NCBI GenBank assembly: GCA_051362555.1
Contig: CM120644.1
Coordinates: 19,738,534-19,802,533, forward strand
Direction of reading: 5' to 3'
Source: Lingula anatina
Taxonomy: Eukaryota > Animalia > Brachiopoda
Length of the DNA stretch: 64,000 nt
The position numbers were made by a program, and so were the translations under genes. Shown here in pieces: positions 37,795 to 51,050 of the stretch. The notes beneath the pieces are model-generated. The model saw nothing but the letters and a program-made list of their open reading frames with translations, searched no databases and was not told the DNA's origin. The stretch's first letter is position 1. Each line of letters opens with the position of its first letter.

Positions 37795-39073
37795 TACTAC
37801 ACTGTACTAGGAGGTACAGGACTATACTGCCACAATGGAACACAATGACTCCAGACTACTACACTGTACTAGGAGGCACAGGACTATACTGCCACAATGG
37901 AACACAATGACTCCAGACTACTACACTCCACTAGGAGACACAGGACTATATACTGCCACAATGGAACACAATGACTCCAGACGACTACACTGTACTAGGA
38001 GGCAGAGGACTATACTGCCACAATGGAACACAATGACTCCAGACTACTACACTGTACTAGGAGGCAGAGGACTATACTGCCACAATGGAACACAATGACT
38101 CCAGACTACTACACTGTACTAGGAGGCAGAGGACTATACTGCCACAATGGAACACAACGACTCCAGACTTCTACACTGTACTTGGAGGCACAGGACTATA
38201 CTGCCACAATGGAACACAATGACTCCAGGCTACTACACTGCACTAGGTGACACAGGACTATACTGCCACAGTGGAACACAATGACTCCAGACTACTACAC
38301 TGTACTAGGAGGGACAGGACTATACTGCCACAGTGGAACACAATGACTCCAGACTACTACACTGTACTAGGAGGGACAGGACTATACTGCCACAGTGGAA
38401 CACAATGACTCCAGACTACTACACTGTACTAGGAGGGACAGGACTATACTGCCACAGTGGAACACAATGACTCCAGACTACTACACTGTACTAGGAGGCA
38501 CAGGACTATACTGCCACAGTGGAACACTATGACTCCAGACTACTACACTGTACTAGGAGGGACAGGACTATACTGCCACAGTGGAACACAATGACTCCAG
38601 ACTACTACACTGTACTAGGAGGGACAGGACTATACTGCCACAATGGAACACAATGACTCCAGACTACTACACTGTACTAGGAGGGACAGGACTATACTGC
38701 CACAATGGAACACAATGACTCCAGACTACTACACTGTACTAGGAGGGACAGGACTATACTGCCACAATGGAACACAATGACTCCAGACTACTACACTGTA
38801 CTAGGAGACACAGGACTATACTACCACAATGGAACACAATGACTCCAGACTACTACACTGTACTAGGAGGGACAGGACTATACTGCCACAATGGAACACA
38901 ATGACTCCAGACTACTACACTGTACTAGGAGGCACAGGACTATACTGCCACAATGGAACACAATGACTCCAGACTACTACACTGTACTAGGAGGGACAGG
39001 ACTATACTGCCACAATGGAACACAATGACTTCAGACTACTACACTGTACTAGGAGGCACAGGACTATACTGCC
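37795..39073 (+). repeat. 62-bp minisatellite, ~20 copies (plus ~3 copies at 39829-40013)
   Basis: Unit ACTACACTGTACTAGGAGGCACAGGACTATACTGCCACAATGGAACACAATGACTCCAGACT. Confidence 0.97.
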
Positions 39074-39836
39074 TGCGTAGAGAATGTGGAAACAGATATT
39101 TCAGCCAGTGAACAAAATCCACAGTTCTCAGCGAAAGAACAGCCAAAATCACCAGATTTAAGAAGATCTCAAAGAGCAAGGAAAATCCCTGAAAGATTCA
39201 AGGATTTTGTTATAAATATATTTTATAATAAAAATGTTTAGTTAGCTACCAAGTGGTTAAGAGTTGGCTTAGAGAGTGATGTGCTGGCAACCTCTCCTCT
39301 CTTGTAGGACTTAATTTTTATTTCTTTCTCAAAGTAATTCAAACTGTGACAGTGAACACTAAGATCTCAAAATACAGTAAAGGATTTTAATCATTTGTTT
39401 TTAGAGACATTAATTTGTTAGAACAACATTTAAAGTTTCAAGTTTGTATTTAAAAAAATCAGAGAGAGAGAAAGACAATAACACAGTGCTACAATTTAAG
39501 TGATTTTATTCAAGAATCGGTAACCAATGGATCAGTGACTGTTTATGTTTCACATTTTCGAAGACTTTTACATGTAAATCACAAAGAGAATTTTGTGAGA
39601 GACTGTCAGACACTGCACATATATGATTATTATTTTCAATTTACTTTTCAACCCCAGGTAAAAGTAATTCAAGGGGGGGAAGGATGTAATGTAGTTGTTT
39701 GACTTTATGTGTGTGTTACATCTTATATGTAGATCTTACGTCATCTGTTTTACACTTGAGTTAGTATAAACGGAATAAAGAACACATGGTCTCTCAAACC
39801 ACCAGCTACTCTAGTCACTTTATTATAACTACTACA
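39074..39836 (+). mobile_element. 3' remnant of an LTR retrotransposon (Gypsy-like): integrase tail, PPT, short 3' LTR
   Basis: LRRSQRARKIPERFKDFV (~39158-39211); polypurine tract AAGGGGGGGAAGGA 39671-39684; TGTAATGTAGT...AATAAA...ACTACTACA at 39685-39836. Confidence 0.75.
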
Positions 39837-40389
39837 CTGTACTAGGAGGCACAGAACTATATTTCCACAATGGAACACAATGACTCCAGACTACTACACT
39901 ATACTAGGAGACACAGGACTATACTGCCACAATGGAGCACAATGACTCCAGACTACTACACTGTACTAGGCAACATAGGACTATACTGCCACAGTGGAAC
40001 ACAATGACTCCAGAATAATTTCCAATATGGTTATATAAGATTTCATTTTCATTTTGAATGTTCCTACACAGATCACATTGTTTTCTGGATCTTGACATAT
40101 TTCAGTAAAATTTTGAATCTGTAATGACGTTTAGTTACAGCCTTTCAGCAAGTTTTTCATCTTTTACAGTACCGGATGATATACAAATGATATACAAAAT
40201 AGGTTAATTTATTAATTGTAATATAATAATCAATATCAATACTACTCTCAGCAAGTTTGCTGTCATAAATCACCATGCTTCTCAATCTTGTGTCATTGGT
40301 ATGCTTTATGTATATTTTTGATTGGTTCAATCTTTAATGTTGTCCATCCATGCTGTTTTAGGACTTTTTTCTCCATTTCCATTTAACCC

Positions 40390-43300
40390 AGAAACCCATT
40401 GTAAGGAGTTATCTGCATCTGGCACTGTTAATAAGAAGAAGACTCAACCTCAAATCATTACGTTTGCTGTTTTCTTTCAGAGTAAGAAATACATTGCAAT
40501 ATTGAAATATTTGTTTTGGCTAAGTGTCACTCTTCTTATGATGAATTTCCTATAGTATAAACTTGACATTTAAAGGATAACAGAGACAGCTGATCAGCTT
40601 ATCACAGATTTTTATTGTTTTTAAGCATTATTTGTACAAATTTCAGAAATACTGGACCAGATTTGACAAAATTATTAACATTTAACTATTTTGAATGATT
40701 CAGTTTGCATGTCTTTTCAATGTAATTTTCAGTGTTCCCAAAATATATAGTCCTTAAAAACACTTTTCATTAGACTTGGTCAACTAATCAGCTTATCACA
40801 GATTTTTATGGTTGTTAAGCATTTTTTGTACAAATTTCAGGCAGTGAAAGACAGCACCAAGGGCAGCACTATGTCTTATCCATGTGTACAATACATGATA
40901 TTTGGCAAGATTTAGGACATTGTCAAATACCGTGATAACAACAACCCCTTCCACAAACTCGTTGTAAGGATTGGCATTGGAAGTAAGGAGAAGTCTTGTA
41001 TGGGCATGTATTGTTTTCCAGATGACAGTTATAGGTACTTTGCAACCTCTTACACAAACAACCTCAAATCATCACATTTGCCGTTTTCTTTTACAGTAAG
41101 TAATACATTGCAATATTGCAATATTTGTTTTGGTTAATTCTCACTCTTCTGATGATGAATGACACTTATAAAATAACAGAGACAGCTGATCAGCTTATCA
41201 CAGATTTTTATTCTTGTTAATCATCATTTGTACAAATTTTATAAACATTGGACAAGATTTGACCAAATTATTAATGTTTAACTATTTTAAGACCTGCGAT
41301 TTGCCAGTCTTTTCAATGCAATTTTCAGTTTCCCCAAATATATTGTCCCCAAAAAGCACTTTTTATTAGTCCCATAAAACTGATCAGCGTATCACAGATT
41401 TTTATATTTGTTAGTCATCATTTATACAAATTTTATAAACATTGGACAAGATTTGACAAAATTATTAATGTTCAACTATTTTAAATCATTGAATTTGCCC
41501 GTCTTTTCAATGTAATTTTCAGTTCTCTCAGTATTTTTTTTTCTTTTTCCAGAGTACCCTTACCATGAAAAAGCAGGCAGTGAAAGACAGCACCAAGAGC
41601 AGCACTATGTCTTATCCATGTGTACAATACATGATATTTGGCAAGATTTAGGACATTGTCAAATAATGTGATAACAACAACCCCTCCCAGAAACCCATTG
41701 TAAGGAGTAATCTGCATCTGGCATTGGTAGTAAGGAGAAGTCTTGTATGGGTATATATTATTTTCCAGATGACAGTTATAGGTAATTTGCAACCTCTTAC
41801 ACAAGCAACCTCAAATCATCACATTTGTCGTAATACATACATAATACAGAGTAAGTAATACATTACAATATTGAAATATTTGTTTTGGTTAATTCTCACT
41901 CTTCTGATGATGAATTTCCTATAAACGTGACACTTAAAAAATAACAGAGACAGCTGATCAGCTTATCACAGATTTTTATTCTTGTTAATCATCATTTGTA
42001 CAAATTTCATAAACATTGCACAAGATTTGACAAAATTATTAATGTTTAACTATTTTAAGGCCTGCGATTTGCCAGTCTTTTCAATGCAATTTTCAGTTAT
42101 CCCAAATATATTGTCCCAAAAAACAATTTTCATTAAACATAGTCAACTGATCAGCTTTTCACAGGTTTTTATTCTTGTTAATCATCATTGGTACAAATTT
42201 CATAAACATTGGACAAGATTTGACAAAATTATTAATGTTTAACTATTTTAAGGCCTGCGATTTCCCAGTCTTTTCAATGCAATTTTCAGTTTTCCCAAAT
42301 ATATTGTCCCCAAAAAACTCTTTTCATTAGTCACAGTCAACTGATCAGCTTATCACATATTGTTATTCTTGTTAATCATCATTTGTACAAATTTCATAAA
42401 CAATGGACAAGATTTGATAAAATTATAGTTTAACTATTTTAAATCATTGAATTTGCCAGTCTTTTCAATGTAATTTTTAGTTTTCCTAAATATATTGTCC
42501 TTAAAAACACTATTCATTAAACACAGTTATTTGATCAGCTTATCACAGATTTTAATTGTCGTTAAGCATCATTTGTTTAAATTTCAGAAGTATTGAACTA
42601 GATTTAACAAAATTATTAATGTTTAACTATTTTAAATCATTGAATTTTCCAGTCTTTTCAATGTAATTTTCAGTTCTCTCAGTATTTTTTTTCTTTTTCC
42701 AGAGTACCCTTACCATTAAAAAGCAGGCAGTGAAAGACAGCACCAAGAGCAGCACTATGTCTTATCGTTTTGAACAATACATGATATTTGGCAATTTTTG
42801 GGACATTGTCAAATAATGTGATAACAACAACCCCTCCCAGAAACTCATTGTAAGGAGTAATCTGCATCTCGCATTGGTAGTAAGAAGAAGTCTTGTTTGG
42901 GTATATATTGTTTTCCAGATGACAGTTATAGGTAATTTGCAACCTCTTACACATACAACCTCAAATCATCACATTTGCCATTTTCTTTTAGAGCAAGTAA
43001 TACATTGCAATATTGAAATATTTGTTTTGTTAAAACTCACTCTTCTGATGATGAATTTCCTGTAAACATGACACTTAAAAAATAACAGAGACAGCTGATC
43101 AGCTGATCACAGATTTTTATTCTTGTTAATCATCATTTGTACAAATTTTATAAACATTAGACAAGATCTGACAAAATTATTAATGTTTAACTATTTTAAG
43201 GCCTGGGATTTGCCAGTCTTTTCAATACAATTTTCAGTTGTCCCAAATATATTGTCCCAAAAAACAATTTTCATTAAACACAGTCATATGATCAGCTTAT

Positions 43301-46300
43301 CACAGATTTTAATTGTTGTTAAGCATCATTTGTTTAAATTTCAGAAATATTGAACTAGATTTAACAAAATTATTAATGTTTAACTATTTTTAGGCCTGCG
43401 ATTTGCCAGTTTTTTCAATGCAATTTTCAGTTTTCCCAAATATAATGTCCCCAAAAAAGCTTTTCTTTGGTCACAGTCAACTGATTAGCTTATTACAGAT
43501 TTTCATTCTTGTTAATAATCATTTGTTCAAATTTCATAAAAATTGGACAAGATTTGACAAAATTATTAATGTTTAACTATTTAAAGGCATGAGATTTGTC
43601 AGTCTTTTCAATGTAATTTTCAGTGTTCCAAAATATATTGTCACAAAAAACACTATTCATTAGACACAGTCAACTGATCAGCTTATCACAGATTTTCATT
43701 CTTGTTAAGCATCATTTGGTCAAATTTTAGTAATATTGGCCAAGATTTGACAAAATTATTAATGTTTAACTCATTTAAATCATTGGATTTGCCCGTCTTT
43801 TCTATGTAATTTTCAGTTTTCTCAGTTAAATTTTTTTCTTTTTCCAGAGTACCCTTACCATGAAAAAGCAGGCAGTGAAAGACAGCACCAAGAGCAGCAC
43901 TATGTCTTATCCATGTGTACAATACATGATATTTGGCAAGATTTAGGACATTGTCAAATAATGTGATAACAACACCCCCTCCCAGAAACCCATTGTAAGG
44001 AGTAATCTGCATCTGGCATTGGTAGTAAGGAGAAATCTTGTATGGGTATATATTGTTTTCCAGATGACAGTTATAGGTAATGTGCAACCTCTTACACAAA
44101 CAACCTCAATACATCACATTTGCCATTTTCTTTTAGAGTAAGTAATACATTGCAATATTGCAATATTTGTTTTGGTTAATTCTCACTCTTCTGATGATGA
44201 ATTTCCTATAAACGTGACACTTAAAAATTAACAGAGACAGCTGATCAGCTTATCACAGGTTTTTATTGTTGTTAGTTATCATTTGTTCAAATTTCATAAA
44301 CATTGGACAAGATTTGACCAAATTATTAATGTTTAACTATTTTAAGACCTGCGATTTGCCAGTCTTTTCAATGCAATTTTCAGTTTCCCCAAATATATTG
44401 TCCCCAAAAAACACTTTTTATTAGTCCCATAAAACTGATCAGCGTATCACAGATTTTTATATTTGTTAGTCATCATTTATACAAATTTTATAAACATTGG
44501 ACAAGATTTGACAAAATTATTAATGTTCAACTATTTTAAATCATTGAATTTGCCCGTCTTTTCAATGTAATTTTCAGTTCTCTCAGTTATATTTTTTCTT
44601 TTTCCAGAGTACCCTTACCATGAAAAAGCAGGCAGTGAAAGACAGCACCAAGAGCAGCACTATGTCTTATCCATGTGTACAATACATGATATTTGGCAAG
44701 ATTTAGGACATTGTCAAATAATGTGATAACAACACCCCCTCCCAGAAACCCATTGTAAGGAGTAATCTGCATCTGGCATTGGTAGTAAGGAGAAATCTTG
44801 TATGGGTATATATTGTTTTCCAGATGACAGTTATAGGTAATTTGCAACCTCTTACACAAACAACCTCAATACATCACATTTGCCGTAAAACATACGTAAT
44901 ACAGAGTGAGTAATACATTGCAATATTGAAATATTTGTTTTGGTTAATTCTCACTCTTCTGATGATGAATTTCCTATAAACGTGACACTTAAAACTTAAC
45001 AGAGACAGCTGATCAGCTTATCACAGGTTTTTATTGTTATTAGTTATCATTTGTACAAATTTCATAAACATTGGACAAGATTTGACAAAATTATTAATGT
45101 TTAACTATTTTAAGGCCTGCGATTTGCCAGTCTTTTCAATGCAATTTTCAGTTTTCCCAAATATATTGTCCTTAAAAACACTATTCATTTGTCACAGTCA
45201 ACTGATCAGCTCATCACAGATTTTAATTGTTGTAAATTATAATTTGTACAAATTTCATAAACATTGGACAAGATTTGACAAAATTATTAATGTTTAACTA
45301 TTTTAAATCATTTAATTTTCCAGTCTTTTCAATGTAATTTTCAGTTTTCCTAAATATATTGTCCTTAAAACACTATTCATTAAACACAGTTATTTGATCA
45401 GCTTATCACAGATTTTAATTGTTGTTAAGCATCATTTGTTTAAATTTCAGAAATATTGAACAAGATTTTACAAAATTATTTATGTTTAACTATTTTAAGG
45501 CCTGCGATTTGCCAGTTTTTTCAATGCAATTTTCAGTTTTCCCAAATATAATGTCCCCAAAAAAGCTTTTCTTTAGTCACAGTCAACTGATTAGCTTATC
45601 ACAGATTTTCATTCTTGTTAATATTCATTTGTTTAAATTTCAGAAATATTAAACAAGATTTAACAAAATTATTAATGTTTAACTATTTAAAGGCCTGAGA
45701 TTTGTCAGTCTTTTCAATGTAATTTTCAGTGTTCCAAAATATATTTTCACAAAAAACACTATTCATTAGACACAGTCAACTGATCAGCTTATCACAGATT
45801 TTTATTCTTGTTAAGCATCATTTGTTTAAAGTTCAGAAATATTGGCCAAGATTTGACAAAATTATTAATGTTTAACTATTTTAAATCATTGAATATGCCA
45901 GTCTTTTCAGTGTAATTTTCAGTTTTCCTAAATATATTGTCCTGGAAAACACTTTTCATTAAACACAGTCAACTGATCAGCTTATCACAGATTTTAATTG
46001 TTGTTAAACATCATTTGTTTAAATTTCAGAAATATTGAACTAGATTTAACAAAATTATTAATGTTTAACTTTTTTAAGGCCTGCGATTTGCCAGTCTTTT
46101 CAATGCAATTTTCAGTGTTCCAAAATATATTGTCACAAAAAACACCATTCATTAGACACAGTCAACTGATCAGCTTATCACAGATTTGTCTTCTTGTTAA
46201 TTATCATTTGTACAAATTTCATAAACATTGGACAAGATTTGACGAAATTATTAATGTTTAACTAATTTAAATCATTGGATTTGCCTGTCTTTTCTATGTA

Positions 46301-49300
46301 ATTTTCAGTTTTCTCAGTTATATTTTTTCTTTTTCCAGAGTACCCTTACCATGAAAAAGCAGGCAGTGAAAGACAGCACCAAGAGCAGCACTATGTCTTA
46401 TCCATGTGTACAATACATGATATTTGGCAAGATTTAGGACATTGTCAAATAATGTGATAACAACACCCCCTCCCAGAAACCCATTGTAAGGAGTAATCTG
46501 CATCTGGCATTGGTAGTAAGGAGAAATCTTGTATGGGTATATATTGTTTTCCAGATGACAGTTATAGGTAATTTGCAACCTCTTACACAAACAACCTCAA
46601 TACATCACATTTGCCGTAAAACATACGTAATACAGAGTGAGTAATACATTGCAATATTGAAATATTTGTTTTGGTTAATTCTCACTCTTCTGATGATGAA
46701 TTTCCTATAAACGTGACACTTAAAACTTAACAGAGACAGCTGATCAGCTTATCACAGGTTTTTATTGTTATTAGTTATCATTTGTACAAATTTCATAAAC
46801 ATTGGACAAGATTTGACAAAATTATTAATGTTTAACTATTTTAAGGCCTGCGATTTGCCAGTCTTTTCAATGCAATTTTCAGTTTTCCCAAATATATTGT
46901 CCTTAAAAACACTATTCATTTGTCACAGTCAACTGATCAGCTCATCACAGATTTTAATTGTTGTAAATTATAATTTGTACAAATTTCATAAACATTGGAC
47001 AAGATTTGACAAAATTATTAATGTTTAACTATTTTAAATCATTTAATTTTCCAGTCTTTTCAATGTAATTTTCAGTTTTCCTAAATATATTGTCCTTAAA
47101 ACACTATTCATTAAACACAGTTATTTGATCAGCTTATCACAGATTTTAATTGTTGTTAAGCATCATTTGTTTAAATTTCAGAAATATTGAACAAGATTTT
47201 ACAAAATTATTTATGTTTAACTATTTTAAGGCCTGCGATTTGCCAGTTTTTTCAATGCAATTTTCAGTTTTCCCAAATATAATGTCCCCAAAAAAGCTTT
47301 TCTTTAGTCACAGTCAACTGATTAGCTTATCACAGATTTTCATTCTTGTTAATATTCATTTGTTTAAATTTCAGAAATATTAAACAAGATTTAACAAAAT
47401 TATTAATGTTTAACTATTTAAAGGCCTGAGATTTGTCAGTCTTTTCAATGTAATTTTCAGTGTTCCAAAATATATTTTCACAAAAAACACTATTCATTAG
47501 ACACAGTCAACTGATCAGCTTATCACAGATTTTTATTCTTGTTAAGCATCATTTGTTTAAAGTTCAGAAATATTGGCCAAGATTTGACAAAATTATTAAT
47601 GTTTAACTATTTTAAATCATTGAATATGCCAGTCTTTTCAGTGTAATTTTCAGTTTTCCTAAATATATTGTCCTGGAAAACACTTTTCATTAAACACAGT
47701 CAACTGATCAGCTTATCACAGATTTTAATTGTTGTTAAACATCATTTGTTTAAATTTCAGAAATATTGAACTAGATTTAACAAAATTATTAATGTTTAAC
47801 TTTTTTAAGGCCTGCGATTTGCCAGTCTTTTCAATGCAATTTTCAGTGTTCCAAAATATATTGTCACAAAAAACACCATTCATTAGACACAGTCAACTGA
47901 TCAGCTTATCACAGATTTGTCTTCTTGTTAATTATCATTTGTACAAATTTCATAAACATTGGACAAGATTTGACGAAATTATTAATGTTTAACTAATTTA
48001 AATCATTGGATTTGCCTGTCTTTTCTATGTAATTTTCAGTTTTCTCAGTTATATTTTTTCTTTTTCCAGAGTACCCTTACCATGAAAAAGCAGGCAGTGA
48101 AAAACAGCACCAAGAGCAGCACTATGTCTTGTCCATTTGTACAATACATGATATTTGGCAATTTTTGGGACATTGTCAAATAATGTGATAACAACACCCC
48201 CTCCCAGAAACCCATTGTAAGGAGTAATCTGCATCTGGCATTGGTAGTAAGGAGAAGTCTTGTATGGGTATATATTGTTTTCCAGATGACAGTTATAGGT
48301 AATTTGCAACCTCTTACACAAACAACCTCAATACATCACATTTGCCGTAAAACATACGTAATACAGAGTGAGTAATACATTGCAATATTGAAATATTTGT
48401 TTTGGTTAATTCTCACTCTTCTGATGATGAATTTCCTATAAACGTGACACTTAAAACTTAACAGAGACAGCTGATCAGCTTATCACAGGTTTTTATTGTT
48501 ATTAGTTATCATTTGTACAAATTTTATAAACATTGGACAAGATTTGACAAAATTATTAATGTTTAACTATTTTAAGGCCTGCGATTTGCCAGTCTTTTCA
48601 ATGCAATTTTCAGTTTTCCCAAATATATTGTCCTTAAAAACACTATTCATTTGTCACAGTCAACTGATCAGCTCATCACAGATTTTAATTGTTATAAATT
48701 ATAATTTGTACAAATTTCATAAACATTGGACAAGATTTGACAAAATTATTAATGTTTAACTATTTTAAATCATTTAATTTTCCAGTCTTTTCAATGTAAT
48801 TTTCAGTTTTCCTAAATATATTGTCCTTAAAACACTATTCATTAAACACAGTTATTTGATCAGCTTATCACAGATTTTAATTGTTGTTAAGCATCATTTG
48901 TTTAAATTTCAGAAATATTGAACAAGATTTTACAAAATTATTTATGTTTAACTATTTTAAGGCCTGCGATTTGCCAGTTTTTTCAATGCAATTTTCAGTT
49001 TTCCCAAATATAATGTCCCCAAAAAAGCTTTTCTTTAGTCACAGTCAACTGATTAGCTTATCACAGATTTTCATTCTTGTTAATATTCATTTGTTTAAAT
49101 TTCAGAAATATTGAACAAGATTTAACAAAATTATTAATGTTTAACTATTTAAAGGCCTGAGATTTGTCAGTCTTTTCAATGTAATTTTCAGTGTTCCAAA
49201 ATATATTTTCACAAAAAACACTATTCATTAGACACAGTCAACTGATCAGCTTATCACAGATTTTTATTCTTGTTAAGCATCATTTGTTTAAAGTTCAGAA

Positions 49301-50870
49301 ATATTGGCCAAGATTTGACAAAATTATTAATGTTTAACTATTTTAAATCATTGAATTTGCCAGTCTTTTCAATGTAATTTTCAGTTTTCCTAAATATATT
49401 GTCCTGGAAAACACTTTTCATTAAACACAGTCAACTGATCAGCTTATCACAGATTTTAATTGTTGTTAAACATCATTTGTTTAAATTTCAGAAATATTGA
49501 ACTAGATTTAACAAAATTATTAATGTTTAACTATTTTAAGGCCTGCGATTTGCCAGTCTTTTCAATGCAATTTTCAGTGTTCCAAAATATATTGTCACAA
49601 AAAACACTATTCATTAGACACAGTCAACTGATCAGCTTATCACAGATTTGTCATCTTGTTAATTATCATTTGTACAAATTTCATAAACATTGGACAAGAT
49701 TTGACGAAATTATTAATGTTTAACTAATTTAAATCATTGGATTTGCCTGTCTTTTCTATGTAATTTTCAGTTTTCTCAGTTATATTTTTTCTTTTTCCAG
49801 AGTACCCTTACCATGAAAAAGCAGGCAGTGAAAAACAGCACCAAGAGCAGCACTATGTCTTGTCCATTTGTACAATACATGATATTTGGCAATTTTTGGG
49901 ACATTGTCAAATAATGTGATAACAACACCCCCTCCCAGAAACCCATTGTAAGGAGTAATCTGCATCTGGCATTGGTAGTAAGGAGAAGTCTTGTATGGGT
50001 ATATATTGTTTTCCAGATGACAGTTATAGGTAATTTGCAACCTCTTACACAAACAACCTCAATACATCACATTTGCCGTAAAACATACGTAATACAGAGT
50101 GAGTAATACATTGCAATATTGAAATATTTGTTTTGGTTAATTCTCACTCTTCTGATGATGAATTTCCTATAAACGTGACACTTAAAACTTAACAGAGACA
50201 GCTGATCAGCTTATCACAGGTTTTTATTGTTATTAGTTATCATTTGTACAAATTTCATAAACATTGGACAAGATTTGACAAAATTATTAATGTTTAACTA
50301 TTTTAAGGCCTGCGATTTGCCAGTCTTTTCAATGCAATTTTCAGTTTTCCCAAATATATTGTCCTTAAAAACACTATTCATTTGTCACAGTCAACTGATC
50401 AGCTCATCACAGATTTTAATTGTTGTAAATAATAATTTGTACAAATTTCATAAACATTGGACAAGATTTGACAAAATTATTAATGTTTAACTATTTTAAA
50501 TCATTTAATTTTCCAGTCTTTTCAATGTAATTTTCAGTTTTCCTAAATATATTGTCCTTAAAAACACTATTTATTAAACACAGTTATTTGATCAGCTTAT
50601 CACAGATTTTTATTGTTGTTATGCATCATTTGTACAAGTTTCAGAAATATTGGACTAGATTTCACAAAATTATTAACGTTTAACTTTTTTACGGCCTGGG
50701 ATTTCCCAGTCTTTTCAATGTAATTTTCAGTTTTACCAAATATATTGTTTGAAAAAAATCTTTTCATTAGTCAAAGTCAACGGATAAGTTTACCATAGAT
50801 TTTTATCTTTGTTAAGCATCATTTGTACAAATTTCATAAATATTGGTGAAGACTTGACAAAATTATATAT
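40390..50870 (+). repeat. Complex tandem array: ~193-bp monomers and a 298-bp exon-like block, forming a 1731-bp higher-order repeat
   Basis: GATCAGCTTATCACAG recurs every 192-193 bp. Block starts at 41553, 42703, 43848, 44608, 46339, 48070 and 49801; the last four are spaced exactly 1731 bp apart. Confidence 0.96.
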
Positions 50871-51050
50871 TATATTTGTATTTTGATTCGTTTGCAAAGT
50901 CGTCTTTAGAAAATTCGTACATTTTTTCAAGTACTTACACCATTAAAAGCTCTTTTACTATTTAAAATTCTCCCTTTGAATGACTTAATATTTTAGGCTG
51001 GTTTCTTATAATCATCAAAAATATTTACAAAAAATTCATCTTAATTTTAG

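Noticed and set aside
37795-39073. Possible CRISPR-like array or coding repeat
   Set aside because: Head-to-tail units without unique spacers, eukaryotic context, and a 62-bp unit that is not a multiple of 3 and contains stops.
41481-50490. Recurrent 77-137 aa ORFs (MCKRLQITY..., MLLVIICTNF...)
   Set aside because: They recur only because the DNA is tandemly repeated; mostly non-ATG starts and no recognisable domain.
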